Shown one piece after another: positions 34,837-44,941 of a DNA stretch of 59,155 bases. The DNA comes from a virus (lineage: Duplodnaviria; Caudoviricetes). The notes under the pieces were generated by a model, which saw only the letters and a list, made by a program, of their open reading frames with translations, ran no database searches and had not been told where the DNA came from. The stretch covers positions 1 to 59,155 of IMG/VR virus record IMGVR_UViG_3300020468_000007; one strand, written 5' to 3'. A program made the translations under genes and the position numbers. The number at the start of each line of letters is the position of its first letter. Within the stretch, counting starts at the first letter, position 1.

Positions 34837-36740
34837 TGGCTGCAAAGCTTTACAAAGATCTCACACCCACCGAACAGAAAGCTCGTGACACAGAGTTAAA
34901 GGACATGGCTCGTGGTGCGAAGTTTGCCCCTTTTGATTTGCTTGGTGCTCCTGTCGATTTAATAACAATGGGCATGCGCGGTGTGGGGATACCTGTGCCG
35001 GAAAAACCTTTTCTTGGCTCCGAATATTTAATTGACAAGTATGCTGATCTAGGTGAGGCAATTGGTGTTGACTATGACCGCCCGACTGGATCCACTTCAG
35101 AGACCGCTGGTCGTCTAATCGCGGGTATAGCTGGTCTTGGAGGTGAGGCTGCTTTACTTGCATCCAACATATCTCGAGTGGCTCGTTCTTCAAAGGGAAC
35201 CAAAGCTCGTGGTTCGGGGGCCGAGAAAAAAGGTGTTGGGTCTGCACAAGCAAAAGAAATTGTTAAGACAAAGAAGGCTTACAAACTTTTTGAGCAGGAT
35301 CCCGAAACTGGGACCTTATATCCTTTGTTCGTGGACGCTAAGACTCCAGTTAAAATTGGTGAGTGGCAAACAGCAGAGATCCCGTTTAATTTCACTGCGC
35401 CTAACGGCAAGCAGTATGTGCCTTCTAAAAAGTGGGATGGCTCCGCTGGAACGGGGGATAGTGTTGCTATTCCTGATCAAGCTACACGAGACATGCTCAT
35501 AGAAAAAGGTTATTTACCAAAAGGGTCACAGGCGAAAACAATAAAGGCTGTTGCGTTACGCCCGGGCTGGCATTCAGGCGAGTTTCCTGTTGCGTCACAT
35601 ATTGGTCCTGAAGAAATGTTTATGGGCCAGAAGATGAAAGTTCGTGGACGTAATCAGGTTTGGGCTGAAGTCGAAGTTCCAGATGACGTAGACTTGCAGA
35701 GTGTTGCGGACGCACGAGCATCGATTGTTAAGTCTGGTCCTCGTAAGGGTGAGATTAACCGCGCCGAAGCTCAGATTACAGATGAGTTGCCTATGGGTGG
35801 TAGCTACAAGTACCAGCAAGGTCAGGCTCGAGATGGTAACTGGATTATATCTGGTCAGATGAAAGTAACTCGTGTGCTTGACGATGATGAGGTTATGGCT
35901 ATTAACGAAGCTGCGGGGATGCAGGATCTTCCTCGATTGTCTCAGTTAATGGCGAAGAGTCAATCTCGGTCCTCGGACCTTGCACCTGTGTCGAAGAAAG
36001 AAGTCCTCGAGGGTGAGATTGTAGGGGAGAAGAGCGCCGCGTATGCGAAGCTAGAAAAGGAGGCCGCTGAAACTGGGTCCTCGGGCATTCGTTCTTTAAA
36101 AGAGTTAAACATGGAGCTTCAGGGTGTAGACGATGCGTTTAATACTGGCAATGCATCTATAAACATTGACAAGTCCTTTGATTTTGTGAGTGGCGGCGAT
36201 CCGGTTCGATCTACGTCTGATGAGTTTGTTGACTCTGTCAAGGATTCTTATGAGTTCGCTCGGGAAGAGGGCTTTAGCCGTGGCGAGGCTTTGATATCTG
36301 CGGTTCGTGAAAGAGTTGATGATTACAATAATATTTACCCTGATGCGTTAGATTTGAATTCTGTTCTTGACGATGTATCTCGTAACGTGAACGACGACTT
36401 TGGTTTTGATCAGGCTCTTAGCAGGTTTCGTGAGGGTCAGACTAACCGCAAGGCTTTGGAAGCGGAGTTAACCACAAAGAAGAACAAAGCTCGTTTTGCG
36501 GAGTTGGAGGCTGAACAGCAGCAGTTTCGTCAGTCTCTGGGTATTACTGATGATACCCCGCCGGAAGAGGCTCAAAGAATTATTACGGAGTTTGCCAACA
36601 AGCAGCAGGCTGGTATTTCTGGGATAGGCATTCCAGATCCCACTCCACCAAAGCCTAACTTGCGCCTAGTTAAAAAAGCTGCGGGTGGCAAGGTTGACAT
36701 GCGTTCTGGTATAGGTGACTTATTTAAGGTATATTCGTAA
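34836..36740 (+). CDS. Putative internal virion / polyvalent-type protein
   Basis: 634 aa; DLLGAPVDL N-terminus; AYKLF...LYPLFV...RPGWH...EVEV domain; C-terminal KAAGGKV. Confidence 0.5.
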   Translation: MAAKLYKDLTPTEQKARDTELKDMARGAKFAPFDLLGAPVDLITMGMRGVGIPVPEKPFLGSEYLIDKYADLGEAIGVDYDRPTGSTSETAGRLIAGIAGLGGEAALLASNISRVARSSKGTKARGSGAEKKGVGSAQAKEIVKTKKAYKLFEQDPETGTLYPLFVDAKTPVKIGEWQTAEIPFNFTAPNGKQYVPSKKWDGSAGTGDSVAIPDQATRDMLIEKGYLPKGSQAKTIKAVALRPGWHSGEFPVASHIGPEEMFMGQKMKVRGRNQVWAEVEVPDDVDLQSVADARASIVKSGPRKGEINRAEAQITDELPMGGSYKYQQGQARDGNWIISGQMKVTRVLDDDEVMAINEAAGMQDLPRLSQLMAKSQSRSSDLAPVSKKEVLEGEIVGEKSAAYAKLEKEAAETGSSGIRSLKELNMELQGVDDAFNTGNASINIDKSFDFVSGGDPVRSTSDEFVDSVKDSYEFAREEGFSRGEALISAVRERVDDYNNIYPDALDLNSVLDDVSRNVNDDFGFDQALSRFREGQTNRKALEAELTTKKNKARFAELEAEQQQFRQSLGITDDTPPEEAQRIITEFANKQQAGISGIGIPDPTPPKPNLRLVKKAAGGKVDMRSGIGDLFKVYS

Positions 36741-36741
36741 A

Positions 36742-36921
36742 ATGCGAACAGACAAACAGATCATGGCAGCGGCCCAACGTGACATCCGTTTATTGACCGA
36801 TAAGGAATATGATCGATACAGAGAGATACAGGACAGTCGTTCTGTAAATAAAGTTGGTGGTGGTATGGTCAAGGGTTTCAGTCCTATTGCCCGTCCACAG
36901 AGATTCAAAGGAGTGTTCTAA
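36742..36921 (+). CDS. Small basic protein
   Basis: MRTDKQ...GGGMVKGFSPIARPQRFKGVF. Confidence 0.6.
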   Translation: MRTDKQIMAAAQRDIRLLTDKEYDRYREIQDSRSVNKVGGGMVKGFSPIARPQRFKGVF

Positions 36922-37232
36922 TGGGTGAAAAGAACTTTAGTGCTAGAATAAGTAGAACAAAGATAGATAAAGCCAGAGAGGGCCTAGCTAACGCCAAGAC
37001 TGAAAAAGATAGAAAGTATTTTTCTGGTCTATTAAGAATAGCTTTAGATGATTATGAGGGTCGTAAAGACGGCGGCATGAATGATGTGCCTTCTAAATAT
37101 AAAGGTTTTTCAAAACTGCCAGAAGGTGTGCAGGAAAAAATAGATTCAAAGCTTGCAAAGAAGTACAAGACTGGTGGTATGAGTAAGGCTGTGATGAAGG
37201 CCCGTGGCGGAACATTTAAAGGAACATTCTAA
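36921..37232 (+). CDS. Small basic protein with repeated xxGG motifs
   Basis: RKDGG, YKTGG, ARGGTFKGTF. Confidence 0.65.
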   Translation: MGEKNFSARISRTKIDKAREGLANAKTEKDRKYFSGLLRIALDDYEGRKDGGMNDVPSKYKGFSKLPEGVQEKIDSKLAKKYKTGGMSKAVMKARGGTFKGTF

Positions 37233-39628
37233 TGGCACTACCTCCACAGATGGTTGCACCTGCAATGGGTCCCGGCGGACCGGGGATGACGGCAGAAGAA
37301 CAGATGACCGAGGTCCAAGTACCGTTGCCCGGTATGGAAGAGCTTCCGCCCGGTATTGAGATTGTTGGTGAAGAGCAGTTGATCGAGGTTGAAGCTGAAG
37401 AGTACGATCACAATGCGAACTTGGCTGAAGTACTTGATGACTCCGTCCTTGGAGCTTTGTCCTCGGACCTTGGTTCTAAGGTAGATGAGGACAAGGGTTC
37501 TCGAGAGGATTGGGAAGAGGCTATCTCGAAGGGTCTTACGTTACTCGGTATTAATTACGAGGAGCGTTCAGAGCCATTTCTTGGTTCATCTGGTGTAACG
37601 CATCCGTTATTGAGCGAGGCTGTTACGCAGTTTCAGGCGCAGGCTTACAAGGAGATGTTACCTCCCGGTGGTCCTGTGAAGACGCAGATTTTGGGCATGC
37701 AGACCAAGGAAGTTGAGGATCAGGCCCAGCGTGTCAAGGACTTTATGAATTACCAGATTACGGAGGTAATGGAGGAGTTTGATCAGGATACGGATCAGAT
37801 GCTGTTTTATCTGCCGATTACTGGTTCGACATTTAAGAAGGTTTACTTTGATCCCACTCGTCAGAGAGCGGTATCCAAGTTTGTACCAGCAGAGGATTTG
37901 ATTGTTCCTTACTCTGCTTCTGATTTGCGTACAGCAGAACGATACACTCACGTTGTTCGTATGAGTGAAAATGATATTAGAAAGTTACAGGTAGGAGGTG
38001 TTTATCGAGATGTTGACTTGTCTGCAACAGAAGATGATGAATCTGACTCAACAATCCGTGGAAAGGCTGATGAGATTCAGGGACTTCGCCCGGGATACAG
38101 TGACGAGCTTTATACTATCCATGAAGTCCATGTTGACCTTGACCTTGAGGGATTTGAGGATATTGACGAGGAAGGTGAAGCTACAGGTATCAAGCTGCCG
38201 TATATCGTCACTATGGACGGCGATTCGGGAAAAATTCTCTCGGTAGTACGGAACTATCGTGAGCAGGATCCAATGCGTCGGAAGCGTGATTATTTTGTTC
38301 ACTTTAAATTCCTGCCCGGTTTTGGTTTCTACGGGTTTGGCTTACTGCATATGATTGGAGGATTATCTCGTGCTGCCACATCTATTCTCCGTCAGCTTAT
38401 TGATGCGGGTACGCTCTCGAATTTACCGGGTGGTTTCAAGGCTCGTGGAGTTCGTGTCAGAAATGACGATGAGCCTATCAATCCGGGTGAGTTCCGCGAT
38501 ATTGATGTTCCCGGCGGTGATGTTCGGAATGCTGTTGTCCCACTCCCGTACAAGGAGCCTTCTGGTACGCTGGCTCAATTACTCGGGGTGGTCGTTGATT
38601 CGGGTAGAAGATTTGCACAAGTTGCGGACACAAAGGTCGCAGATGTCAACTCCCAAGCTCCCGTGGGAACAACAGTGGCCCTGATTGAGCAGGGTTCAAA
38701 AGTTATTTCAAGTATTCATAAGCGCCTACACTACGCACAAAAAGCAGAGTTTCGCATGTTAGCGGAGATCTTTGCTACGAATCCGGTGCCCTATCCATAT
38801 ATGGTCGGAGCAAACGTAAACCCTCAGATTATGGCACAAGACTTTGACGGGCGTGTAGATATCCTCCCTGTCTCTGACCCGTCAATTTTTTCTATGGCAC
38901 AGCGTTTGTCTCTTGCACAAACACAGTTGCAGTTAGCGCAGGCCGCACCGCAGATGCACAATCTGTATGAAGCCTATCGTCGTATGTATGATGCGTTGGA
39001 TGTGAAGAACATCGACGCTATCCTACCAGCGCCGCAGCCACCGCAAGCGAATGACCCGGCTATGGAAAATTCTATGGCTCTGAAGGGTATGCCGAGTCAG
39101 GCATTCAAGGAGCAGGATCATCGTGCTCATATCAGAGTGCATGCATCCATGATTCAGTCTCCTGCCATTCAAGCTAGCCCACAGGCTTTCTTGTTGTTGC
39201 AGGCTCACATTCAGGAGCATGTATCTTTGTTTGCTAGGGATATTGTTGAAGAAGTATTCAAGCAGGCGATTCAAAAGTCTCAAATGGCTGGTGAGCCTAT
39301 TCCTCAATTACCACCTGAAGCGGTAGAGGCAGCGGTAGCGCAGCAGATATCAGACACACTCGATCAATTGTCACCGCTTCTGATTCCACCGCAAAAGCCT
39401 GACCCACTGGTTGAGATTCGCCAGCAGGAGTTGCAGAACGATACAGCAGAGATTCAGCGCAAGACACAGAATGATGCAATGGATTTCCAGATTGATCAGG
39501 CTAAATTGGAACAGTCTGCTCAGTTGGCTATGCAGCGGTTACAAATGCAGCAAGGTATCGCTGATGATCGTAACGATGTGAACATCTATCGTATTAATAC
39601 TCAAGCTGCCCTGAAGAGAGGTCAATAA
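37232..39628 (+). CDS. Portal protein (P22-like)
   Basis: 798 aa; HPLLSEAVTQFQA, LPITGSTFKKVY, PGFGFYGFG, LIDAGTLSNLP. Confidence 0.9.
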   Translation: MALPPQMVAPAMGPGGPGMTAEEQMTEVQVPLPGMEELPPGIEIVGEEQLIEVEAEEYDHNANLAEVLDDSVLGALSSDLGSKVDEDKGSREDWEEAISKGLTLLGINYEERSEPFLGSSGVTHPLLSEAVTQFQAQAYKEMLPPGGPVKTQILGMQTKEVEDQAQRVKDFMNYQITEVMEEFDQDTDQMLFYLPITGSTFKKVYFDPTRQRAVSKFVPAEDLIVPYSASDLRTAERYTHVVRMSENDIRKLQVGGVYRDVDLSATEDDESDSTIRGKADEIQGLRPGYSDELYTIHEVHVDLDLEGFEDIDEEGEATGIKLPYIVTMDGDSGKILSVVRNYREQDPMRRKRDYFVHFKFLPGFGFYGFGLLHMIGGLSRAATSILRQLIDAGTLSNLPGGFKARGVRVRNDDEPINPGEFRDIDVPGGDVRNAVVPLPYKEPSGTLAQLLGVVVDSGRRFAQVADTKVADVNSQAPVGTTVALIEQGSKVISSIHKRLHYAQKAEFRMLAEIFATNPVPYPYMVGANVNPQIMAQDFDGRVDILPVSDPSIFSMAQRLSLAQTQLQLAQAAPQMHNLYEAYRRMYDALDVKNIDAILPAPQPPQANDPAMENSMALKGMPSQAFKEQDHRAHIRVHASMIQSPAIQASPQAFLLLQAHIQEHVSLFARDIVEEVFKQAIQKSQMAGEPIPQLPPEAVEAAVAQQISDTLDQLSPLLIPPQKPDPLVEIRQQELQNDTAEIQRKTQNDAMDFQIDQAKLEQSAQLAMQRLQMQQGIADDRNDVNIYRINTQAALKRGQ

Positions 39629-40014
39629 TGTTACAGGCTCTTATAGGTCCGATTTCATCCTTGGCAGGTACTTGGTTGAACGGGAAGGTAGAAGAAAAGA
39701 AAGCTCAAGCGGCTACGAAAGTAGCTATCGCTCAAGCTGAAGCTGTGGTGATGCAGAAGAAAGCTACTGGAGAGATCGATTGGGATCTGAAGATGGCTGA
39801 TGCCTCTGCTCATTCGTGGAAGGACGAGTGGTTAACTGTGCTTTTTTCGGTTCCGTTAATTCTAGCATTCTGTGGAGATTGGGGGAGACAAATTGTTTCT
39901 GATGGATTTACTGCTCTTGAGGCCATGCCGCAATACTATCAATATACTCTTGGCACTATCGTTGCTGCCAGTTTTGGTATGCGCGGTGCCGCTAAGTTTT
40001 TTGGTAAGAAGTGA
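39628..40014 (+). CDS. Putative holin-like membrane protein
   Basis: SWKDEWLTVLFSVPLILAF...IVAASFGMR; TM segments. Confidence 0.6.
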   Translation: MLQALIGPISSLAGTWLNGKVEEKKAQAATKVAIAQAEAVVMQKKATGEIDWDLKMADASAHSWKDEWLTVLFSVPLILAFCGDWGRQIVSDGFTALEAMPQYYQYTLGTIVAASFGMRGAAKFFGKK

Positions 40015-40331
40015 TGTCAAAGCGCCTGCAAAAAGACAGCCAGTACGACCAGTACGACATGGATGGCGATGGTATAGTCACCGATGAAGAACTGGAGCAT
40101 GCAAAAGAAATTAAGAAGACAGAGTATGAGTTACGCAAACAGCTTGCTCAAAGGCGTATGGCTACAGCTACTCTAATAGCTATGGGTGTATTCACTTTTA
40201 TGATGTTTATGCCATTCATTAGTATTGAGCGGATTAACGCTCTAAGCGACATTAGTAACTTATTTTATATCAGTGGTGCTGGTATCGTTGGAGCATTCAT
40301 GGGAGCTACGGCGTGGATGAATCGAAAGTAA
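40011..40331 (+). CDS. EF-hand-containing membrane protein
   Basis: DMDGDGIVTDEE loop plus two TM segments. Confidence 0.7.
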   Translation: MMSKRLQKDSQYDQYDMDGDGIVTDEELEHAKEIKKTEYELRKQLAQRRMATATLIAMGVFTFMMFMPFISIERINALSDISNLFYISGAGIVGAFMGATAWMNRK

Positions 40332-40534
40332 AACCAATAGAAGCTAAAGTTGGTGACAATAGCTTCGAGTTGATCCTTCGGATTTTGGGTAATGAGTTTG
40401 TTGCGATTAAGATTGGATCGTCGAACTTTTCTGGCAAGTTAATTTTCGGTGGTGTTCTGTTGCTGTTTTTTACTCTTGTCCTTATGGAGATGTTTGGTAT
40501 TAATGCTTTGATAGGTGTTCCTAGCTATGAATAA
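40313..40534 (+). CDS. Small membrane protein
   Basis: ELILRILGNEFVAI + C-terminal TM. Confidence 0.6.
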   Translation: MDESKVKPIEAKVGDNSFELILRILGNEFVAIKIGSSNFSGKLIFGGVLLLFFTLVLMEMFGINALIGVPSYE

Positions 40535-40649
40535 AAGTCCATGCGTAGGTATTTGTGTACTAGACAAAGAACGTGTAAGATGTATTGGTTGCGGACGCAC
40601 CATAGATGAAATTATAAACTGGGGTAAGAAATGCCAAGACCAAGACTAA
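40527..40649 (+). CDS. DUF1289-like small Cys-rich (putative Fe-S) protein, 40 aa (not in ORF track)
   Basis: MNKSPCVGICVLDKERVRCIGCGRTIDEIINW; SPC..IC...C.GC.RT..EI..W signature. Confidence 0.8.
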   Translation: MNKSPCVGICVLDKERVRCIGCGRTIDEIINWGKKCQDQD

Positions 40650-40855
40650 ATCAGTTTGCAGAAGATCTTGGTATTAGTCGTGGCTCCGCTGAGAAGCTTA
40701 TGGCTAAAGCTCGTGGTCGTAGGGATGGCGGTTCAACCGTATTGGAGAATACTATGAACAAAACAAAAAATATTGTCGAAGCCAAGGACGGTAAGTATGT
40801 TCGTGGTATGGGTAAAGCATCTGTGTGTCCTCGTAGAAAAGTTAAGGTTAGATAG
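40631..40855 (+). CDS. Small basic protein
   Basis: RRDGG, AKDGK, VRGMGKA. Confidence 0.6.
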   Translation: MPRPRLNQFAEDLGISRGSAEKLMAKARGRRDGGSTVLENTMNKTKNIVEAKDGKYVRGMGKASVCPRRKVKVR

Positions 40856-40857
40856 CA

Positions 40858-42819
40858 ATGGCTATTGAATACTCTGATGAAGATTTTGATCAGGACTTAC
40901 AGCAGGACATAGCTGCTGCCGCCGCTCAAGCCGCTGGCATAAATATGGACAGCTACGACTTCGGAGGTTTTGATTCGGGTGGCTCCGACTTTACTGGCGC
41001 GAGTAATCAAGGTGTTGTTGATTCGATTGTAAACTCTTACATGGACAGCCCCACCAGAACAGGAATGGCTATTAGAGAAAGCTTTCCTATGTTCAAAAGT
41101 CCAAGGTCTGGCCTTAATCAATTCGCTAATTTATACACCTCCCGCAGGGGACCTATGAGTAGGTCTGATTTTAATTCTTTATATGATATATCCAGAACTA
41201 ACACGGGCGGTATTGATACCCTTGGGTATGACACTGCAAAAGCTCTTCAAAGAGTAGGTATAGGCTCGGGGCAGGTTAAAACCGATCCCAACGTAGGCAG
41301 ACTTACTGGCACGGTCTTCGGCAAGAAGAACGAGCTCGGGGAAACAGTTTTGATGTCCGACGGCAAGTCAATGGGCATTGACGCTGGGGACTATTACAGC
41401 GGAAAGTCAGGTTCCGACGTTGGTCGTCCAGATTTAGAAACATATCAAGACAAGTATGGCTATGCGGATCCGACAGCAAGAGCCATTAACAGAGCATACG
41501 ATCAGTATTTAAATCCATACAATGATCCTAGTCTTCGAGGATATAATCGAGACATTGATCCTAATTTCAATCCTCAAGCTTTTGATCTTAGGGGTCAAGT
41601 CAGACCGGGCCTACAGTCTGGTATTTTTGGCAGGAAAGATGGAACACCAACTGCTCTAGGCCCAATAGCTACTTATGATAGAAACTACAGCGGCATGGAC
41701 AACATTGCTATGGGCGTGACGGGCGGCATGGGTATGCTTGCAAGAGCTTTGACAAACAAAGTTACAGGAATTGCAGGTCAGCCTTTACCTCAAGATGCAA
41801 TGGCTCCCACTCCTGAAATGATGGCTAGGGGTGAGACATATGGTGGCCTTGGTAGATCTTTTGGACAGATACCGGGTCAGGCTGTACAAGGTTTTAAAGA
41901 TGCTGGCGCTGCTCTAAGAAATGTTATAGATGATTTCACAACGCCTAACGTCCCGGGAGTTTCTACAAGCTCACTCGATTTCATGCCTCGTGGTGCTTCC
42001 CCTGACTTAGCAGGATTTGAACAGCGCTTCGGAGGCACTAATCCTTTGAGTGGTGAGACAACGGTTAAGCCATCAGGGTCTTCTATTGTGGATGGTAAAA
42101 CCGGGTTTCAAACAGAAACACTCCCTGATGGAAGTGTTCGATCAGTTCAAACAACAGGCGGCATGACTAAAGCAGAAGCGGATGAAATAAAAAACTACTT
42201 TGAAGATACTAAGAACCTTAGTGCCGATGAAGCTGCCGCCCGGGCTATGGAAAGATTAGAAAATCCTCCACAATTTCCTGCCGCTGGTAACTATGGCTCA
42301 CGACTTTCTGGAGAACAGCTTGCGGGGGGTTTTGGGATTGACACCATTGGCGAAGCTCTTGGTAGAAGTTCTGTGGAACTAAGCCCCGAGGTTCAAGATT
42401 TTCTAGACGAGCATGGAATGTCTGTAAGAGACTTAATGGATAAGGATTTTTCAAAAGTTCCAGATGGTGCCCGTCTTCCTTCAGGACAAATAATGGGTCC
42501 AGAGTTTAGGCCGAATCAAACTCCTCCAGCGCCAGCAACTGATCTTCAGCAGTTAATTCGAGATGCAGTATCTTCGAGAGAACTTGGTGGCCCTTCAACG
42601 GCTAATCAATTAGCTTTTGATTCGACTAATATGGTTCGCTCCGGTGACCTTCTCACCAGCAAGTACAACACCCCTAGTACGTTTGATAAAATCGTATCTG
42701 AGGTAGGTATTGCGCCCCTTCTTAGAAGTATGGGTATGAAGATTAAAAAAGGTCCTAGTGCTCAAATCTACAGTAAAGAAAGCCCGAGTTTCTTTTCAAG
42801 ACTTATTGGTGCCTCGTAA
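40858..42819 (+). CDS. Hypothetical low-complexity protein (possible internal virion protein)
   Basis: 653 aa G/S/P/D-rich, no recognised domain. Confidence 0.5.
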   Translation: MAIEYSDEDFDQDLQQDIAAAAAQAAGINMDSYDFGGFDSGGSDFTGASNQGVVDSIVNSYMDSPTRTGMAIRESFPMFKSPRSGLNQFANLYTSRRGPMSRSDFNSLYDISRTNTGGIDTLGYDTAKALQRVGIGSGQVKTDPNVGRLTGTVFGKKNELGETVLMSDGKSMGIDAGDYYSGKSGSDVGRPDLETYQDKYGYADPTARAINRAYDQYLNPYNDPSLRGYNRDIDPNFNPQAFDLRGQVRPGLQSGIFGRKDGTPTALGPIATYDRNYSGMDNIAMGVTGGMGMLARALTNKVTGIAGQPLPQDAMAPTPEMMARGETYGGLGRSFGQIPGQAVQGFKDAGAALRNVIDDFTTPNVPGVSTSSLDFMPRGASPDLAGFEQRFGGTNPLSGETTVKPSGSSIVDGKTGFQTETLPDGSVRSVQTTGGMTKAEADEIKNYFEDTKNLSADEAAARAMERLENPPQFPAAGNYGSRLSGEQLAGGFGIDTIGEALGRSSVELSPEVQDFLDEHGMSVRDLMDKDFSKVPDGARLPSGQIMGPEFRPNQTPPAPATDLQQLIRDAVSSRELGGPSTANQLAFDSTNMVRSGDLLTSKYNTPSTFDKIVSEVGIAPLLRSMGMKIKKGPSAQIYSKESPSFFSRLIGAS

Positions 42820-42822
42820 AAA

Positions 42823-43290
42823 ATGAGAGAACTCATAGAGGAATGGATACACACTGATTTAAGTGTTGTGGACAAGGACGCTGGATTTGCTCCTTGTCCT
42901 TTTGCAAAGAAGGCACTACATGAAGGTAAATTAAGAGTTGTAGAATGTCTGGACACGGAAGATCTGTGGTTAACAATAGCAACTCAGTGTAAGAATTTTA
43001 GCGATAAACACTCTGTTGTAATCTGTTTAGAGGAAGAAGCCGAACAGCCTTATGATCAAGTTGAAGCCGCATGCGTAGCTATGAACAACTGGTTTGCTGT
43101 TAATAAAATAGATTTATGGTTACTGGCTTTTCAAACAAACTTTACAATGGTATTTATACAGAAGTTATCCGAACTGGATGAGGCTAGTAAAAAACTAGAA
43201 AAAATGGGATACTACGAAAATTACACAAAAGAAGACTTTATCAGTTTAATCTTGGCTAGAAGAAGGAAACGAGAAAATGGCTGGAGCTAA
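42823..43290 (+). CDS. Hypothetical protein (PCPFAK motif, DUF1415-like)
   Basis: EWI...PCPFAKKA...LDEASKKLEKMGYYENY. Confidence 0.6.
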   Translation: MRELIEEWIHTDLSVVDKDAGFAPCPFAKKALHEGKLRVVECLDTEDLWLTIATQCKNFSDKHSVVICLEEEAEQPYDQVEAACVAMNNWFAVNKIDLWLLAFQTNFTMVFIQKLSELDEASKKLEKMGYYENYTKEDFISLILARRRKRENGWS

Positions 43291-43417
43291 AAAGAAAGTA
43301 ATGCGCCGCAATCGTGGTGGTAAGGTAGTGGCTAAAAAGATGATGGGCGGCATGAACAAAGCCAAGAAGATGGCTATGCGTCGTATGCGTGGAGGCACTG
43401 TAAAGAAGAAAGTTTAA
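43277..43417 (+). CDS. Very basic protamine-like micro-protein, 46 aa (not in ORF track)
   Basis: MAGAKKKVMRRNRGGKVVAKKMMGGMNKAKKMAMRRMRGGTVKKKV*. Confidence 0.7.
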   Translation: MAGAKKKVMRRNRGGKVVAKKMMGGMNKAKKMAMRRMRGGTVKKKV

Positions 43418-43426
43418 GGGGCTTAT

Positions 43427-43636
43427 ATGGATATTATAAATTTTATCAGTCAGTACAATAAACGATTGACTGAAAGAATAGATGACATTAGTCATTCTAT
43501 TACAAGTGGTGGTGTTTCCGATTGGGAAGACTACAAAGCAAGAGTCGGCGAAATACAGGGTGTCGCTTATGCTCTTGAGGAATTAAAGGCCCTGCTAAAA
43601 AAGGTGAATTATGTCGAAGACACTGATAGTACCTGA
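43427..43636 (+). CDS. Conserved small protein upstream of GroES
   Basis: GGVSDWEDYKARVGEIQG. Confidence 0.7.
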   Translation: MDIINFISQYNKRLTERIDDISHSITSGGVSDWEDYKARVGEIQGVAYALEELKALLKKVNYVEDTDST

Positions 43637-44042
43637 CTACGTTGTCGCGCAACGCGAAGCGAAAAAGAAGGCCGAAGAGGCCGCAAAGAAAAAATCCCTT
43701 ACAGAAAGAATCCCACAACCCACTGGATGGCGCATATTAGTCATGCCGTACATGGGTCGTGATAAGACTGAAGGGGGTATTTATGTTCCTGATCAAGTTA
43801 GAGACCGTGAGTCAAAGGCTACCGTTGTAGCCTATGTCGTAAAGGTTGGACCTTTAGCATACAAGGATGCCGACAAATTTGGCGGCGGTGACCCTTGGTG
43901 TAAGGTGGGTGATTGGGTGTGTATCGGTCGCTACGCTGGCTCTCGGTTTAGTATCGAGGGCGGTGAAGTCCGCATTATCAACGATGACGAAGTCATCGCA
44001 ACCATCGTCGATCCAGACGATATCAAGTCATACGGAGGATAG
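43611..44042 (+). CDS. groES: Co-chaperonin GroES (Cpn10) homolog
   Basis: PTGWRILV, KTEGGIYVP, VVKVGP, KVGDWV..GRYAG, RIINDDEVIA. Confidence 0.9.
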   Translation: MSKTLIVPDYVVAQREAKKKAEEAAKKKSLTERIPQPTGWRILVMPYMGRDKTEGGIYVPDQVRDRESKATVVAYVVKVGPLAYKDADKFGGGDPWCKVGDWVCIGRYAGSRFSIEGGEVRIINDDEVIATIVDPDDIKSYGG

Positions 44043-44044
44043 TT

Positions 44045-44938
44045 GTGTCAACTAACGCCGCAGAAACCGAAGAAAAAGAAATCGAAATTGTTGAAGAAAA
44101 AGAAGAAGATACTTCTTCTGAAGTCGAAGTTGTTGAAGAAAAACAAGAAGAGGAAGAACCCGAGTCAAAAGAAGAGGAGCTCGAGCAATACTCTAAGTCT
44201 GTGCAGACTAGAATAAATAAATTAACGCACAGATATCGTGAAGAAGAAGCTCAAAGAAAAGCTGCTGTTGATTTTGCGGCGGAAGTGAAAAAGCAAAACG
44301 ATGAGCTAAGACAGCGTTTGGAATCTTTGGACCAGTCTTATGTCGGAGAATTCGACACTAGGATTAAGTCGCAGGCAGATGCTGCTAAACAAGCATATCA
44401 AAAAGCTTACGACGAGGGTGACGCTGAAGGAATGTTTGAGGCTCAAAAGAACATAAGCCGTTTAGCCTTGGACGAAGCGCAATTAGAGCAAGCTCGAAAA
44501 AGACAAGAGAGGGCTAGTGTTGCTAAAGAAGAAGCAACTAATGCCCCAGCCTCACAACAACAAGCACAACAACCCGCTCCTCCTGATCCAAAAGCGGAGG
44601 CTTGGGCTTCTAACAATGAATGGTTTGGTACTGATCAACCTATGACATACGCTGCCTTTGGCGTACATAGACAACTAATAGAGGATGAAGGATTTGACCC
44701 AACGTCCGATGAGTACTATAATGAACTTGACAAGAGGATTCGTGCAGAGTTTCCACAAAAATTTAAGGAAACAAAGCGCAATGATTCTGGACCCCGAGTC
44801 GCTTCTGCGGAGTCCAGTGCTTCTAAAGCACCGTCAGGAAAGGGGCGCAGAACAGTCAAATTAACTCCTTCGCAGATTGCAATAGCGAAGCGGTTGAATG
44901 TTCCGCTCGAAGAATATGCTAAGTATGTTAAGGAGTAA
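44045..44938 (+). CDS. Capsid scaffolding protein
   Basis: Acidic coiled coil; C-terminal VKLTPSQIAIAKRLNVPLEEYAKYV. Confidence 0.75.
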   Translation: MSTNAAETEEKEIEIVEEKEEDTSSEVEVVEEKQEEEEPESKEEELEQYSKSVQTRINKLTHRYREEEAQRKAAVDFAAEVKKQNDELRQRLESLDQSYVGEFDTRIKSQADAAKQAYQKAYDEGDAEGMFEAQKNISRLALDEAQLEQARKRQERASVAKEEATNAPASQQQAQQPAPPDPKAEAWASNNEWFGTDQPMTYAAFGVHRQLIEDEGFDPTSDEYYNELDKRIRAEFPQKFKETKRNDSGPRVASAESSASKAPSGKGRRTVKLTPSQIAIAKRLNVPLEEYAKYVKE

Positions 44939-44941
44939 GAG

